Counted from the stretch's first letter, positions 48,103-58,767 are shown. The stretch: 64,000 nt of DNA from an uncultured Gammaproteobacteria bacterium (GCA_964590105.1 CAZPYM010000001.1:302172-366171); one strand, 5' to 3'. The notes: generated by a model not told the origin, from the letters alone. Numbers and translations: made by a program.

Positions 48103-50127
48103 CTACTTTTTATATTCCCGAAAATACCAATTCATAAATTCATAAGCAATCGGCGCGGAGACCGCGCTGCCTTCGCCCGCCTCTTCCACCAAAACCATGA
48201 TTACCATCTCCGCGTTATTATATGGCGCGAAAGCGGCAAACCAGGCATGCGGATTTTTGTCAGTGGACCATTGGGCTGTTCCAGTCTTAGCGGCTGACGT
48301 TACTGGCAAAGAATTTAATATTTTCGCACTGCCGCTCGTTACCGCCTGCCTCATTCCCTGACAAACAATATTAAGAGTTTGATCGCTGATAAAGTCCTGC
48401 CGAATAATTTCTGAATCAATAGCCACATTGTTTTTGGTTTCCTGATCAAAATAATGATCAATAATTTGCGGCTTATATAAAATGCCATTATTGGCAAAAA
48501 CAGAAATATAATTCGCCACTTGCAAAGGCGTAACAAGCAAATCACCCTGCCCAATTGCCAGATGATAACTGTCGCCAATGTACCATTGTTCTTTTTTTGT
48601 TTGCAATTTCCACTCGGGCGTCGGCAAAAATCCTGCTTTCTCATTGGGCAAATCAATTCCCGTGAGCGCATTTAATCCAAAAAGTTCTGCATATTCTTTG
48701 ATCTTTCGGACACCAAGCCCCTCGAAATCGCCATAACCGCCGCCGATAATGTAAAAAAATGTATTGACCGATTCTGCCAAAGCTTTGCGAACATTGGTAA
48801 TACCGTGTCCGCCGGCTTTCCAGTCAGGAAAAAACCATTCGCCAATCCTGATACCGCCAACGCTAAGAAAAGAACTGTTTTCATTAATTATGCCCTGTTC
48901 AAGAGCCGCCGCGGCAATCACTGGCTTGATTGTGGAACCAGACGGGTACTCGCCGCTGACTGCTCTATTAAATAACGGCTTATCCTCATCTGTGATTAAT
49001 TTATCAAAATCAACGCTGGAAATTCCCCTGGAAAACAAATTATTATCATAACTCGGCAAATTCACCAGACTGCGGATCTTGCCATTCCGCGGATCCATAA
49101 CAATGGCTACGGCTTTTTTCTTGTTCAATTTTGCCAAACTATTTTTAATAATTGACTCCAGCTTGGCTTGCATATTTAAATCAATACTCAAAAACAAATT
49201 GTCCCCCTTTTGCATTTCTTCGCGGGCAATGATTTTTACAGCTTTGCCGGAGGAATCAACTTCAATTTGCTCTTTGCCATATTTTCCGCGCAATTGTTCT
49301 TCGAATATCGCTTCAACGCCAGTTTTGCCGACGAAATCATTCAAAAGGTAGCCGCGCGACACTAGTTTGTTATATTCTTCAGAATTTATTTTTCCTTCAT
49401 ACCCGAGAGTGTGCGCCAAGGATGAAACCTTTTGGCTTTGAAAACTATTTAAATAATTTCGGCGCGCCGTTACTTCAATATCAACGCCTTCGTAATTAAC
49501 GCTTTCAATCCTCATCGCCATGGCTTTTTCATATTCCAATCCTTCAATCAACAACACTGGCTCAAAATATTCTTTGGCCTTTGGTGTAATTAATAACAAT
49601 TTTTCCAATGATTCTTCAAATGTTTCCTGTTCAGCCAGATTTTGCCTTAGCCAGGCGATTGTTTTTTCTTTTTCCGCATCAGCCTGCAGGTCAAACATAG
49701 TGACAAAAACAGCAAAACTCGGGACATTCTCCACCAAAGCGATCCCATTGGTATCATAAATAATTCCGCGCGGCGAAACTAGATTAATCAAGCGAATTCG
49801 ATTTTTTTCAGCCAAATTAAAATAATAATCACCGTGCCAGACCTGGATAAACGCGGTCTGACACAGCAATACAAACAAGACAAAATATATAAACAACAAA
49901 AAGCCAACCAGTTTTTTATTTCCCAGGCTGAGCCCCAAATAGTTTTTTCCGGTTTGCGATAATTCCTTGTCGGACAGATTAAGAAAAGCAGCCTCCACCC
50001 ATTCATGGCGATTGCGACTGAGCATAGGACTTTCCTTTAAACGCGAATTGCCGCCCAAAAACAAAAATTCCTCCGCGGAATTATTTTTTTCTTTCATTAA
50101 TATTTTATTGACAATTTTTCTCAACAT
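48103..50127 (-). CDS. mrdA: penicillin-binding protein 2 (elongasome transpeptidase)
   Basis: N-terminal TM helix, the SxxK (GSTIKP) and KTGTA motifs, and a position directly downstream of mreBCD. Confidence 0.85.
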   Translation of the reverse strand: MLRKIVNKILMKEKNNSAEEFLFLGGNSRLKESPMLSRNRHEWVEAAFLNLSDKELSQTGKNYLGLSLGNKKLVGFLLFIYFVLFVLLCQTAFIQVWHGDYYFNLAEKNRIRLINLVSPRGIIYDTNGIALVENVPSFAVFVTMFDLQADAEKEKTIAWLRQNLAEQETFEESLEKLLLITPKAKEYFEPVLLIEGLEYEKAMAMRIESVNYEGVDIEVTARRNYLNSFQSQKVSSLAHTLGYEGKINSEEYNKLVSRGYLLNDFVGKTGVEAIFEEQLRGKYGKEQIEVDSSGKAVKIIAREEMQKGDNLFLSIDLNMQAKLESIIKNSLAKLNKKKAVAIVMDPRNGKIRSLVNLPSYDNNLFSRGISSVDFDKLITDEDKPLFNRAVSGEYPSGSTIKPVIAAAALEQGIINENSSFLSVGGIRIGEWFFPDWKAGGHGITNVRKALAESVNTFFYIIGGGYGDFEGLGVRKIKEYAELFGLNALTGIDLPNEKAGFLPTPEWKLQTKKEQWYIGDSYHLAIGQGDLLVTPLQVANYISVFANNGILYKPQIIDHYFDQETKNNVAIDSEIIRQDFISDQTLNIVCQGMRQAVTSGSAKILNSLPVTSAAKTGTAQWSTDKNPHAWFAAFAPYNNAEMVIMVLVEEAGEGSAVSAPIAYEFMNWYFREYKK

Positions 50128-50206
50128 GTGTTAGTTGCTTTTCGTTTATCATAGAACCCGGGACCTGGCAGATAATTTGTTATTTGTATTTTATAATTTC
50201 CTAATA

Positions 50207-50746
50207 CTATCCCTTGACCGTATCCACAAAAACAGCCTTAAAGCGCCGGCTCGAGGCATGAAATATTATAAACATAACTATTGTTAAAACCACATTAAAC
50301 AACAGTTGCCACAAAAGGTCATTGACATAAAAAGCGCCAAAATTCTGCACACTTCCCAAATCCTTGGTCATGGAAAAATAAACAGCGGCGCGAAATCCGA
50401 ATAATATAAAACTATATAAGAGGGTGGCCAGGATACTCAGCCCAATCAAAGTGTAAAACGATTTATTGGTCAACAGATGCTCAAATATTTTATAAACAAT
50501 AAACAAAGTAATCATTAAACTAATAATGATAACGCCAAACGGTAAGACTGAGTAAAGATCCAGCACAAAACCAACAAACAAACCATAGACAACACCCAAA
50601 TAAAAACGATACACCACACAGGTAAAAACCAAAACAACAACAACAATATTTAAATTTTTGTAAACTCCAGGCAAAGTGGGCAACAATGAAATCTGCGTTG
50701 ACAACAACAGCGTTACCACTGCCAAATGCTTAAAAAATTTAATCAT
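50207..50746 (-). CDS. mreD: rod shape-determining protein MreD
   Basis: 179-aa polytopic membrane protein located between mreC and PBP2. Confidence 0.65.
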   Translation of the reverse strand: MIKFFKHLAVVTLLLSTQISLLPTLPGVYKNLNIVVVVLVFTCVVYRFYLGVVYGLFVGFVLDLYSVLPFGVIIISLMITLFIVYKIFEHLLTNKSFYTLIGLSILATLLYSFILFGFRAAVYFSMTKDLGSVQNFGAFYVNDLLWQLLFNVVLTIVMFIIFHASSRRFKAVFVDTVKG

Positions 50747-51556
50747 TTATTTTATCTCTTTAATAATATTAACCAAAATCACCTTATTAAAATCAACCAT
50801 CGTTTCAATTGAAGCCTCCTGAAAAAGTTCCTCGGGCTCACTTTTGACGCTTTTGACCAAGCCAATCACCAGGCCTTTTGGCACCTTGGGTTCCAAACCG
50901 GAGGTAACGACCACGTCCCCTTCCTTGATTTTTTCGGCCTGCGGCACGAGACGCATGCGCATCCCCAGCCCGTATTCTCCCTCCACCACGCCAATGGTTT
51001 TGCCTTGGTTCTGAACTTTGGCCGCCAGCTTTGACAAATCGTCATTCAATAATAAAACCAATGAGCTGCTGCTACTGACCCGAATCAGCTTGCCAATAAT
51101 TATTCCTTGTTCCGCCAAAACAGGCTGACCGTCAGACAATCCGCTATCTGAACCCTTATCTATTATAATAGCGTTCTCCGCGCTATCCAGATTGCGACCG
51201 ATTACCCTGGCGACTTCAAAATCATAATCATGCTCTTGAATAAATTTCAACTGGGATTTTAGAAATTCATTTTCCTCGGCCTCGACTAAGTATTTGCTTT
51301 TTTCATTTATTAAGGCAATTATCTGATCTTTTAATTCCTTGTTTTCTTCCTCCAATTGCTGCTTTGTCTCATGATTCAGATATTTATCGCCTATCCACGT
51401 TGATGATTTATAAACAAAACTAAAAATAGGTTTAGTTAAATAAACTGTTAATCTTTCCACCGGCCCCAAAACTCCCATGTAGTGCAAAAAAAATAGCAAT
51501 AATATCAATACTACCACTATCAAACTTAATTTTGAACTTTTATTTATTACGAGCAT
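50747..51556 (-). CDS. mreC: rod shape-determining protein MreC
   Basis: N-terminal TM helix, a coiled-coil (EENKELKDQIIALINEKSKYL) and a beta-rich C-terminus (GIIIGKLIRVS...VVTSGLE). Confidence 0.8.
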   Translation of the reverse strand: MLVINKSSKLSLIVVVLILLLFFLHYMGVLGPVERLTVYLTKPIFSFVYKSSTWIGDKYLNHETKQQLEEENKELKDQIIALINEKSKYLVEAEENEFLKSQLKFIQEHDYDFEVARVIGRNLDSAENAIIIDKGSDSGLSDGQPVLAEQGIIIGKLIRVSSSSSLVLLLNDDLSKLAAKVQNQGKTIGVVEGEYGLGMRMRLVPQAEKIKEGDVVVTSGLEPKVPKGLVIGLVKSVKSEPEELFQEASIETMVDFNKVILVNIIKEIK

Positions 51557-51641
51557 ACTTCAAATGGGCTGTTACCGAATAGGTGAAGAGAAAAATGGTG
51601 AAGCCAGATCCGATTATGCACCGCTTACCCGAAAGTTATTT

Positions 51642-52697
51642 TTACCTGACCATTTTTTCGTCATTAGCTGACGGCAATAAAACTTGCTTCAGCAATTTAT
51701 CATCATCGAGCAATAAATTAATTCCACGGATCGTACAGGTAGTCGGGTCATCAGCAATTCTAACTGGGATTTCTGTTTCCTTAGCAATTGTTTTTTCAAT
51801 TCCTCGCAATTGAGCCCCGCCGCCACAAAGCACTATACCGCGTTCATATATATCCGCTACCAGCTCCGGTGGCGTTATTTCCAGCACACTCTTGATGGCG
51901 TCTACTATACTAGCGATTGTTCCGGCCATTGCTTCTCTCACTTGATAATCGCTGATAATAATTTCCCGCGGCAGTCCGGAAATAAGGTCGCGACCGCGCA
52001 TTTCCACCGTCATGGCTTCCGGCAATTCACAGGAAGACCCAATTTTGTTTTTTATTGACTCAGCGATCTTCTCGCCGATAAGCAAATTAAAGTGATCGCG
52101 GGCATATTGAATAACATTTTTTGTTAATTCGTCGCCGGCTATCTTCAATGATTTCCAAATTACCACGCCATGCAGTGAAATAACGGCAATCTCTGTTTTG
52201 CCTCCGCCAAGATTAATAATCATGCTGCCGGAAGCGTCATGCACAGGCAGTCTGGCGCCAATGGCCGCGGCCATAATTTCTTCGACTAAATAAATCTGCC
52301 CGGCGCCGGCGCCGAGCGCCGCGTCCTCCACCGCCTTTTTTTCCACCTCGGTCACGTCAAGCGGAATACCGATGATTACACTCGGCCTAGCAGTGAAATT
52401 AAAATTTTCCTGGAATATTTTGTCAAAAAAATACTTAAGCATTTTTTCCGTAACTTCAAAATCTGAAATCACTCCCTTGACCAAAGGATTTGTCAGGGTG
52501 ATGTATGCCGGATTTTTTCCAACCATTTTTCTGGCATCTTCGCCGACCGCGATAATCTGATCAAGTTTATTATTAACCGCGACAATGGAAGGCTCGCTAA
52601 TAATTATCCCTTTGTCCTGTAAACAAACAATGGTATTGGTCGTGCCAAGATCAATGCCTATTTTTTTGGAAAATCGATTTAGAAATCTTCGGAACAT
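51642..52697 (-). CDS. mreB: rod shape-determining protein MreB
   Basis: KKIGIDLGTTNTIV...INLGGGKTEIAVISL actin-fold motifs. Confidence 0.95.
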   Translation of the reverse strand: MFRRFLNRFSKKIGIDLGTTNTIVCLQDKGIIISEPSIVAVNNKLDQIIAVGEDARKMVGKNPAYITLTNPLVKGVISDFEVTEKMLKYFFDKIFQENFNFTARPSVIIGIPLDVTEVEKKAVEDAALGAGAGQIYLVEEIMAAAIGARLPVHDASGSMIINLGGGKTEIAVISLHGVVIWKSLKIAGDELTKNVIQYARDHFNLLIGEKIAESIKNKIGSSCELPEAMTVEMRGRDLISGLPREIIISDYQVREAMAGTIASIVDAIKSVLEITPPELVADIYERGIVLCGGGAQLRGIEKTIAKETEIPVRIADDPTTCTIRGINLLLDDDKLLKQVLLPSANDEKMVR

Positions 52698-52765
52698 TTT
52701 ATTATAAATATAAAAAAAATTAAACTGAAAAGCGCAGCTTTATTTTTTTTATTTTGTTTTTATTT

Positions 52766-54007
52766 TTATTGCAGAATTGAAATAACCTTTTCAATCTTGA
52801 TCAGGCTGGTCTCGCTTTCATTTCTTTTTTTCAGCTCCACGCTATTTTTCGCCAGAGTTTTTTCGCTGACTACCAGACGAAAAGGAATCCCCAAAAGATC
52901 GCTGCCATTTAGCTTGATGCCGGCTGACTCTTCTCTGTCATCGAAAAGCACTTCAATGCCCGAGGCGCAAAGTTCAGCATACAGCTTTTCTGCGGCAGAG
53001 AGTATTTTATCGTCTTTTCCGAGAAAAAGCAAATGGACCCGGAACGGCGCAATCTGCTCCGGCCAAATCATCCCGGCCTCATCATGATGCACTTCGACCA
53101 CTGATCCCATCACTCTCGAAGGTCCGATTCCATAGCAGCCCATCACCACGTCCTGGCTTTTGCCTTTTTCATCATTGTATTTAAAATTAAAAGCTGTAGA
53201 ATACTTGGTTTTCAACGGAAAAATATTGCCAACTTCAATAGCTTTTGCCTCCAATATTGGCTCGCCGCATTTCGGACACTTATCCCCTATTTGCAATTCG
53301 CAGATCTCGCTGTTCTGCGCAAAGTCGCATTTGGGACAATACCTCACCGTATCTTCGCCATATTCCGTAAAAACCTGAAACTCGTGCGAATATTTGGAAA
53401 AATCGCCACCGCTGGCCTCAACTATTTTCGCGTCCAAGCCGCACCGACGAAAAACATTTAAATAAGCTTGTTTTGAAGCTTCATAATATTTCCACATATC
53501 CTCTTCATCTCGGTGAAAACTATACAAATCCTTCATGGAAAATTCTATGCCGCGCAAAAGGCCCGACTTGGCTCTCGGTTCATTGCGAAACTTGTCCTGA
53601 ATCTGATAAACCGCGACTGGCAAATCTTTGTACGAATTAACAAACTTTTGAACAAGCGGCGTGACGATTTCTTCGTGCGTCCAGCCCAGACCAAAATCTT
53701 TGTCTCCTCGACTCTTGAATTGAAACATCACCTCCTTGCCCGGATTTTCCCAGCGACCGGTTTTTTGCCACGGTTCTTTTGGCAGTAGTGCCGGCATCAA
53801 AATTTCCTGTCCGCCGATTTTATTCATTTCCTCGCGCACTATATTTTTTATTTTATTCAATGTTCTTAATCCGAGCGGTAAATATGAATAAACTCCGGCC
53901 ATTAGCTTGTCAATAAACCCCGCCCGAATTAAAAGCTGGGAATTTACGCTGACTTCATCTTTTGGCGCTTGTTTGATTGACTTTCCGAGTAATTTTGATT
54001 GACGCAT
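52766..54007 (-). CDS. proS: prolyl-tRNA synthetase (short bacterial form without the editing insertion)
   Basis: AGFIDKLMAGVYSYLPLGLRTLNKIKNIVREEMNKIGGQEILMPALLPKEPWQKTGRW matches the ProRS N-terminus. It carries a Zn-ribbon (CPKCDF...CPKCG) and is 413 aa. Confidence 0.8.
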   Translation of the reverse strand: MRQSKLLGKSIKQAPKDEVSVNSQLLIRAGFIDKLMAGVYSYLPLGLRTLNKIKNIVREEMNKIGGQEILMPALLPKEPWQKTGRWENPGKEVMFQFKSRGDKDFGLGWTHEEIVTPLVQKFVNSYKDLPVAVYQIQDKFRNEPRAKSGLLRGIEFSMKDLYSFHRDEEDMWKYYEASKQAYLNVFRRCGLDAKIVEASGGDFSKYSHEFQVFTEYGEDTVRYCPKCDFAQNSEICELQIGDKCPKCGEPILEAKAIEVGNIFPLKTKYSTAFNFKYNDEKGKSQDVVMGCYGIGPSRVMGSVVEVHHDEAGMIWPEQIAPFRVHLLFLGKDDKILSAAEKLYAELCASGIEVLFDDREESAGIKLNGSDLLGIPFRLVVSEKTLAKNSVELKKRNESETSLIKIEKVISILQ

Positions 54008-54152
54008 AGTATTACGGATTTACAGATTTAGATTGTCCAGATTTTAAAGATTCGAGGAGCTGCAAGCATATAGCGCTTGTGCAAACCAGACAGTTTTGTT
54101 GCCGATGCAACAGCAATCCGTACTATCTGTATACAAATCCGTATATCTGAAA

Positions 54153-54551
54153 TTACTTATTAAATTTTTTATATGAAATAAAGAAAAGTTCCACAAACGA
54201 CAAAATAAAAATAATTATAATCAAGATCCACCAGGTCAGAAACTTTTGGCTTTGCAGAATCAACGAAGCGATTATTAAAACTGTAAATAAAATTGATTGC
54301 CGGGAAGCAATATTAATCCCGCGATTGGCGATTTCGTCTTTTTTTAATATAATCGTTCTGATTAAAAATCCTAAAATTGAAAAAGTCCCAATCAAGGAAA
54401 ACGACAAACTGGTATAAAACAAAATTAAAGCCAGCCAAATATTTTGCAGAGGGCTGATGAAAAATAAAACATAGAACCAGGCCGCCCAGCAAAGCAAAGT
54501 ACAGATTGCCAGAATTAATAAATATTTTGATAAACTCATATCATTAATCAT
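54153..54551 (-). CDS. membrane protein, function unknown
   Basis: Four predicted TM helices in 132 aa. Confidence 0.4.
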   Translation of the reverse strand: MINDMSLSKYLLILAICTLLCWAAWFYVLFFISPLQNIWLALILFYTSLSFSLIGTFSILGFLIRTIILKKDEIANRGINIASRQSILFTVLIIASLILQSQKFLTWWILIIIIFILSFVELFFISYKKFNK

Positions 54552-54674
54552 TCTTCATGGATCATAGAACATTGTTCCTGCAGCAACTCTTCTCCTTTCG
54601 ATTGTTCTATTTTCCACGTTATGCGTTATGCGATACGCAATCCTATTATATTCTAGCATTATATCACCTGTTTT

Positions 54675-54977
54675 TCAATGCCTTTTTTGCACAATATTTA
54701 TCTTTTTCACCGTGCCTTGTGTAAACTTTTGATTGACCGCTTCAATTATAGTATTTTTCTTAAAACTAATTTCCTGAGCAATGATAGCATTCTGACAGAT
54801 AATTTTTAATATCTGCTTTTTTAATGAAACCGCTCTTGCCATTTCAGCACCTTTTTTGCCCCAAAGTTCACTGATCTTTTTATTGGCAAATTCAATAATC
54901 AAGCTGGCTGTAATCTGCTTGGCCATGGGTGACTTTTGAAATTTATTCGCCATGATATTTTTCAGTGAATCCGGCAT
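54675..54977 (-). CDS. DUF721/DciA-like small protein
   Basis: 100 aa, basic, and resembling the DciA/DUF721 family (KQITASLIIEFANKKISELWGKKGAEMARAVSLKKQIL). Confidence 0.4.
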   Translation of the reverse strand: MPDSLKNIMANKFQKSPMAKQITASLIIEFANKKISELWGKKGAEMARAVSLKKQILKIICQNAIIAQEISFKKNTIIEAVNQKFTQGTVKKINIVQKRH

Positions 54978-55045
54978 ATTTTAGCTCTATTTTTTTGTCT
55001 AAATTAATTGTTAATTTCCTCGTTTTCTCAATCTCTATCCCTACG

Positions 55046-55306
55046 TTGACAAAAGATAACTAATGTGCCGTATTTTTATAATAACTGGCTCCTGCTTTCA
55101 GCCGGCTATCTGTATCAGTAGCCTGAAAACGATCACACAGAGCTCACCAAGCCACACTACACTAGCGGCTACGGAAACTGCAGGGAGTGCGGCTGCGACA
55201 ACATGCTGTATGTCAGCACCGCGGTCACACTTTAGGATGTTCCTCCCACATCCAACTCCAATCACAATTGGAAAAGACTCATTATCACGGTAGGTCTTTT
55301 CTTTTA
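55046..55306 (+). ncRNA. candidate small non-coding RNA (~230-250 nt) of unknown class
   Basis: TTGACA (55046-51), 19 nt, then TATTTT; next a GC-richer region with several local stems and no plausible protein in any frame; then an 8-bp stem terminator gaaaagac-N15-gtcttttc followed by T-rich sequence (55271-55306). Confidence 0.3.
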
Positions 55307-55359
55307 CATTTTTATTTTTCCAACTTACAACTTTTAACTTACGACTTACAACTTACAAC

Positions 55360-58332
55360 TTACTTCCTAAACTCGCATATCCCACGGTACTCGCAAAAAC
55401 CGCAAACATGTTGGCTCGGACTAGGCTCAAAATTTTGATTTTCAATTTGTCTGGCATTTTCAATAAAACGTTCTGTTAGTTTTTGTTTGGCTTTTTCATT
55501 ACCAAGGAAAGGAATGGTTTCATTTTCCTCCAAATAATGATATACCAAGCTGTCAACTTTTAGATTCAATGATTGTTCCGCCGCCAGCTGGTACAAAAGC
55601 AACTGATTTTTTTCATCTGCTGAAAGTTTTTGTTTGGCTGCGCCGGTTTTGTAATCAATGATTTTAACTTTACCGTCCAGAGCTTCATCAATCCGGTCAA
55701 TTCGGCCGCTAAAATCATAGCCGCCAAGTTTTAATTTAAAAATCTGTTCCAAAAATTTTACTTTGGGTTTTTTAATTTGAAAATCATTCCAAAAATTCTT
55801 TAATAATTCTTTGCCCTTTTTATAATACTCTTGCTTTTGTTTTTCATCCTGATACCAGTCGTCAAGCCAGCAGTCATCATAAATTTCATATAATGTTTCA
55901 AGACCTATTCCACTTAATGCCTCTGCCTTGCCGGAGTCAAACAAATTCTGCTGATTGGTATTTTGAAATTGAAAATTTCGCTCTAAAAACTTTTGCAGAG
56001 TGTTGTGAATTGCCGAACCAAAAGAAAAATAATGAGTGCCGAATGTTGGTATTTTCAAAATATTAGCAAACTTGTATTTAAGCGGGCAGGTTTCATAGGC
56101 CTGCATTTGCGAAAAGCTAAATCTTTTTGGAATTTCATAAATAATTTTTTTATCCTGCTCCATTTGTTCAACCTGCTTGCCCTGAACCGACTGAGCTTCT
56201 CGAAGACTGGCTTGGGGTTCCAATCGCGTCACTTGCTCCCCCATTTCCAGCAAAAAACGCGATAATTTTTTCTTTCTAGCACCGCCGTAATCTTCCGCTG
56301 AAGTGAAATACAGGCCCTTTTTCGCGCGGGTCATGGCCACATAAAATAATCTGCGCTCTTCTTCCAAATGAAAATCGCCTTGCGGAATTTTTTCCCGAAT
56401 CAAGGCGTCGGGAATTTGAATGGTTTCCCTTCTCTCGTCAGTAGGAAACTTGCGGTCAACCAAATTAACAATAAACACGTAATCAAATTCCAATCCCTTG
56501 GCACCATGTATAGTCATCACCCGGACCATATCAGGTCCAGCCTCCACGTCAAAAGACAACTTGCCACTTTCTCCGGCCTGCATTTCCATTTCCACCATTT
56601 CCATAAAATCTTTTAATCGCGGCGCTTCCGAGTCTGTTTCAAAATTTTGAATTTTTTTATAAAATTGCTGAACATAACTAAGATTTTCTCTGGCCAGACG
56701 CTCATCCTGAGATTCTAAATATTTCAGATAACCGGAATCATACATAAAACCAAGCAGGATTTCAGATGGTTTCTTGTTTTTTGCGAGCACGCTGTGCTTT
56801 TCAACCTGGCAAATCAATTTATTAACGATTGATAATGCTTCCGCAGTTATACCAGGCACACCGGCTGCCAGCTTCAAAGATTCGTAAAGTGAAATTGATT
56901 TTCGTTTTGAAAAATGCGCCAGCAAAACAATCTGCCCCGGCGTCAAATTCAGGAAAGGAATATTCAAAACTCTGAATACTGCCGCGCTCTCATGATAATT
57001 GTCCAATAATTTCAGGTAACTGATAATATCCACAATAACCGGTTTATCATAAAGTCCGCGCATGGCCAGAAACTGATACGGAATTCCGGAACTTTCAAGC
57101 GCGTTTGTAAATGCCTTGGCGCTGTCATTGGCTCTGACCAAAATAGCAAAATCAGACCATGTGGCTTCGGCATCTGAATTTTTTATTTGAATAATCTTTT
57201 GAACTGCGGCCGCTGATTCATCTTCAACTGTTTGTTCATGAATATGCTCAATCTGACATTCAACTTGCTTGTGCGATTTTAGTTTTTTGTCAATGCCCAG
57301 CTTTTCTTCCAGACGACACGGATTATTTTGTTTAATAAATTCATAGGACAAATCAAGAATCGGCTGGCAGGATCGATAGTTGTCAGTCAACACAACTTCG
57401 CAGGCATCCGGAAAATCATCTTTAAACTGCAATATATTGGTGATCGAACTACCACGAAATCTGTAAATACTCTGATCATCATCGCCCACAACCGTAATAT
57501 TGTTTTTTGGAAAGGCCAGCAGCTTGATCAATTCATATTGCACAAAATTTGTATCCTGAAATTCATCAACCAAAATATATTTAAATTGCTGGCGATATTT
57601 TTGCAAAATGAGCGGCCTGTCTTTGAAAAGTTTGATGGTCCAAGCAATCATGTCAGCGAAATCAAGACTGTTGTTTGCCAACAATATTTGCTGATACGTG
57701 TGGTAAGCGCCCGCAATTTCTTCGATCCGCAAAATTTCTTGCTTTTGCATTTGTTCTTTTTCTTTTTCCGACAAATCATCTAGATCTAACTGCTTAATAA
57801 ATTCAGCCGCGTCAGTATTCATTTTTATTTCTTCGGCGTATTTCAAATATTGTTCCGGATAAATGCCTTCGTCTTTGCACCTGGAAAAATGTTTGATCAA
57901 GGCATGAATAAATTTCGCCGGATTACCAAGCGGACGATAATAATCCAAATTGAATTTGTCTAAATTTTTTCGCACCAATAGCCAAGTTTCAGTTTCATCG
58001 AGCAATTTATAATTGTCCGCTAGACCGATATCAAGCGCATGGCGTTTCAAAACCTTGTCGCAAAATGCGTGAAAAGTGTCAATCCACAAATCCACATAAC
58101 CGTAAGGTAGCATTTTATCTACTCGCTCTTCCATTTCCTCCGCCGCTTTTTCTGTGAAAGTTAGGGCTAGAATTTCATCAACTTTTAACCCTTTTTCAAT
58201 AATAAGCCAGGCTATCCTGGCGGTAATAACACGGGTTTTGCCTGTGCCTGCGCCGGCCACGATCAACTGCGGTCCGTCGCCATGCATAATGGCCTTTTGC
58301 TGCGCTTGATTTGATTCGGAAATAATGCTCAT
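55360..58332 (-). CDS. UvrD/PcrA/AddA-type superfamily 1 helicase fused to a C-terminal PD-(D/E)XK nuclease domain with a Cys cluster
   Basis: GPQLIVAGAGTGKTRVIT Walker A and the UvrD-like motifs (TFTEKAAEEM, LVDEFQDTN, VVGDDDQSIYRFRG). The C-terminal RecB-type nuclease region (IDRIDE...IIDYKTG) ends in CGFCEYRGIC. 990 aa. Confidence 0.85.
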   Translation of the reverse strand: MSIISESNQAQQKAIMHGDGPQLIVAGAGTGKTRVITARIAWLIIEKGLKVDEILALTFTEKAAEEMEERVDKMLPYGYVDLWIDTFHAFCDKVLKRHALDIGLADNYKLLDETETWLLVRKNLDKFNLDYYRPLGNPAKFIHALIKHFSRCKDEGIYPEQYLKYAEEIKMNTDAAEFIKQLDLDDLSEKEKEQMQKQEILRIEEIAGAYHTYQQILLANNSLDFADMIAWTIKLFKDRPLILQKYRQQFKYILVDEFQDTNFVQYELIKLLAFPKNNITVVGDDDQSIYRFRGSSITNILQFKDDFPDACEVVLTDNYRSCQPILDLSYEFIKQNNPCRLEEKLGIDKKLKSHKQVECQIEHIHEQTVEDESAAAVQKIIQIKNSDAEATWSDFAILVRANDSAKAFTNALESSGIPYQFLAMRGLYDKPVIVDIISYLKLLDNYHESAAVFRVLNIPFLNLTPGQIVLLAHFSKRKSISLYESLKLAAGVPGITAEALSIVNKLICQVEKHSVLAKNKKPSEILLGFMYDSGYLKYLESQDERLARENLSYVQQFYKKIQNFETDSEAPRLKDFMEMVEMEMQAGESGKLSFDVEAGPDMVRVMTIHGAKGLEFDYVFIVNLVDRKFPTDERRETIQIPDALIREKIPQGDFHLEEERRLFYVAMTRAKKGLYFTSAEDYGGARKKKLSRFLLEMGEQVTRLEPQASLREAQSVQGKQVEQMEQDKKIIYEIPKRFSFSQMQAYETCPLKYKFANILKIPTFGTHYFSFGSAIHNTLQKFLERNFQFQNTNQQNLFDSGKAEALSGIGLETLYEIYDDCWLDDWYQDEKQKQEYYKKGKELLKNFWNDFQIKKPKVKFLEQIFKLKLGGYDFSGRIDRIDEALDGKVKIIDYKTGAAKQKLSADEKNQLLLYQLAAEQSLNLKVDSLVYHYLEENETIPFLGNEKAKQKLTERFIENARQIENQNFEPSPSQHVCGFCEYRGICEFRK

Positions 58333-58422
58333 ATGTGATCATATTATCACGGAAGCTGAAAATTTGAAAGCGCGATCAGGCACGATTTCATCAGCGCAAA
58401 TCTTTACTAAATTGTAATTAAA

Positions 58423-58453
58423 CAAAAAACTCTGCGCAACTTTCTACGCAGAG
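58423..58453 (-). terminator. rho-independent terminator after the 58456..58767 gene
   Basis: On the minus strand: ctctgcg-tagaaagttg-cgcagag followed by ttttttg. Confidence 0.5.
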
Positions 58454-58455
58454 AA

Positions 58456-58767
58456 TTATACCTTAATCCACCCTTTTTCTTCTGAATAATAGAACACGGC
58501 CTGAAAAGCAATTGTCGGCCTCCCGCCTTCATTAATGATTTCACCATTCAGATAGGCATCGCCGGCTGTAAAAAAAACTTTTATTGGCTTCACATAAATC
58601 TCTCCTTCGGTCTGAAGAGTCAAACGAAGGCAGAGCTTCTTTGCCAAGGCAAGGGAAACATTTCTTTTGCTGGGCAATCGCTCAAGCAATATCTCTTGAC
58701 CAGCATTAAGCAAGAACATCTGTCCTCGCTGTTGAAAAGCTACTTTTCGGCTTGTTTTTTTGGACAT
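58456..58767 (-). CDS. hypothetical protein (103 aa)
   Basis: ORF with a divergent promoter region; no recognisable motif. Confidence 0.4.
   Translation of the reverse strand: MSKKTSRKVAFQQRGQMFLLNAGQEILLERLPSKRNVSLALAKKLCLRLTLQTEGEIYVKPIKVFFTAGDAYLNGEIINEGGRPTIAFQAVFYYSEEKGWIKV

Noticed and set aside
55063-55438. Two overlapping small plus-strand ORFs (76 and 83 aa) in the helicase-DciA intergenic region
   Set aside because: Their composition is implausible (for example TTLAATETAGSAAATTCCM), there is no RBS, and the region has promoter, stem-loops and terminator architecture. It is better explained as non-coding RNA or regulatory DNA.
58331-58350. Near-palindrome gtgatcatattatcac at the helicase start codon
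   Set aside because: It is a single short occurrence that overlaps the start codon. It may be an operator but is too weak to call without more copies.
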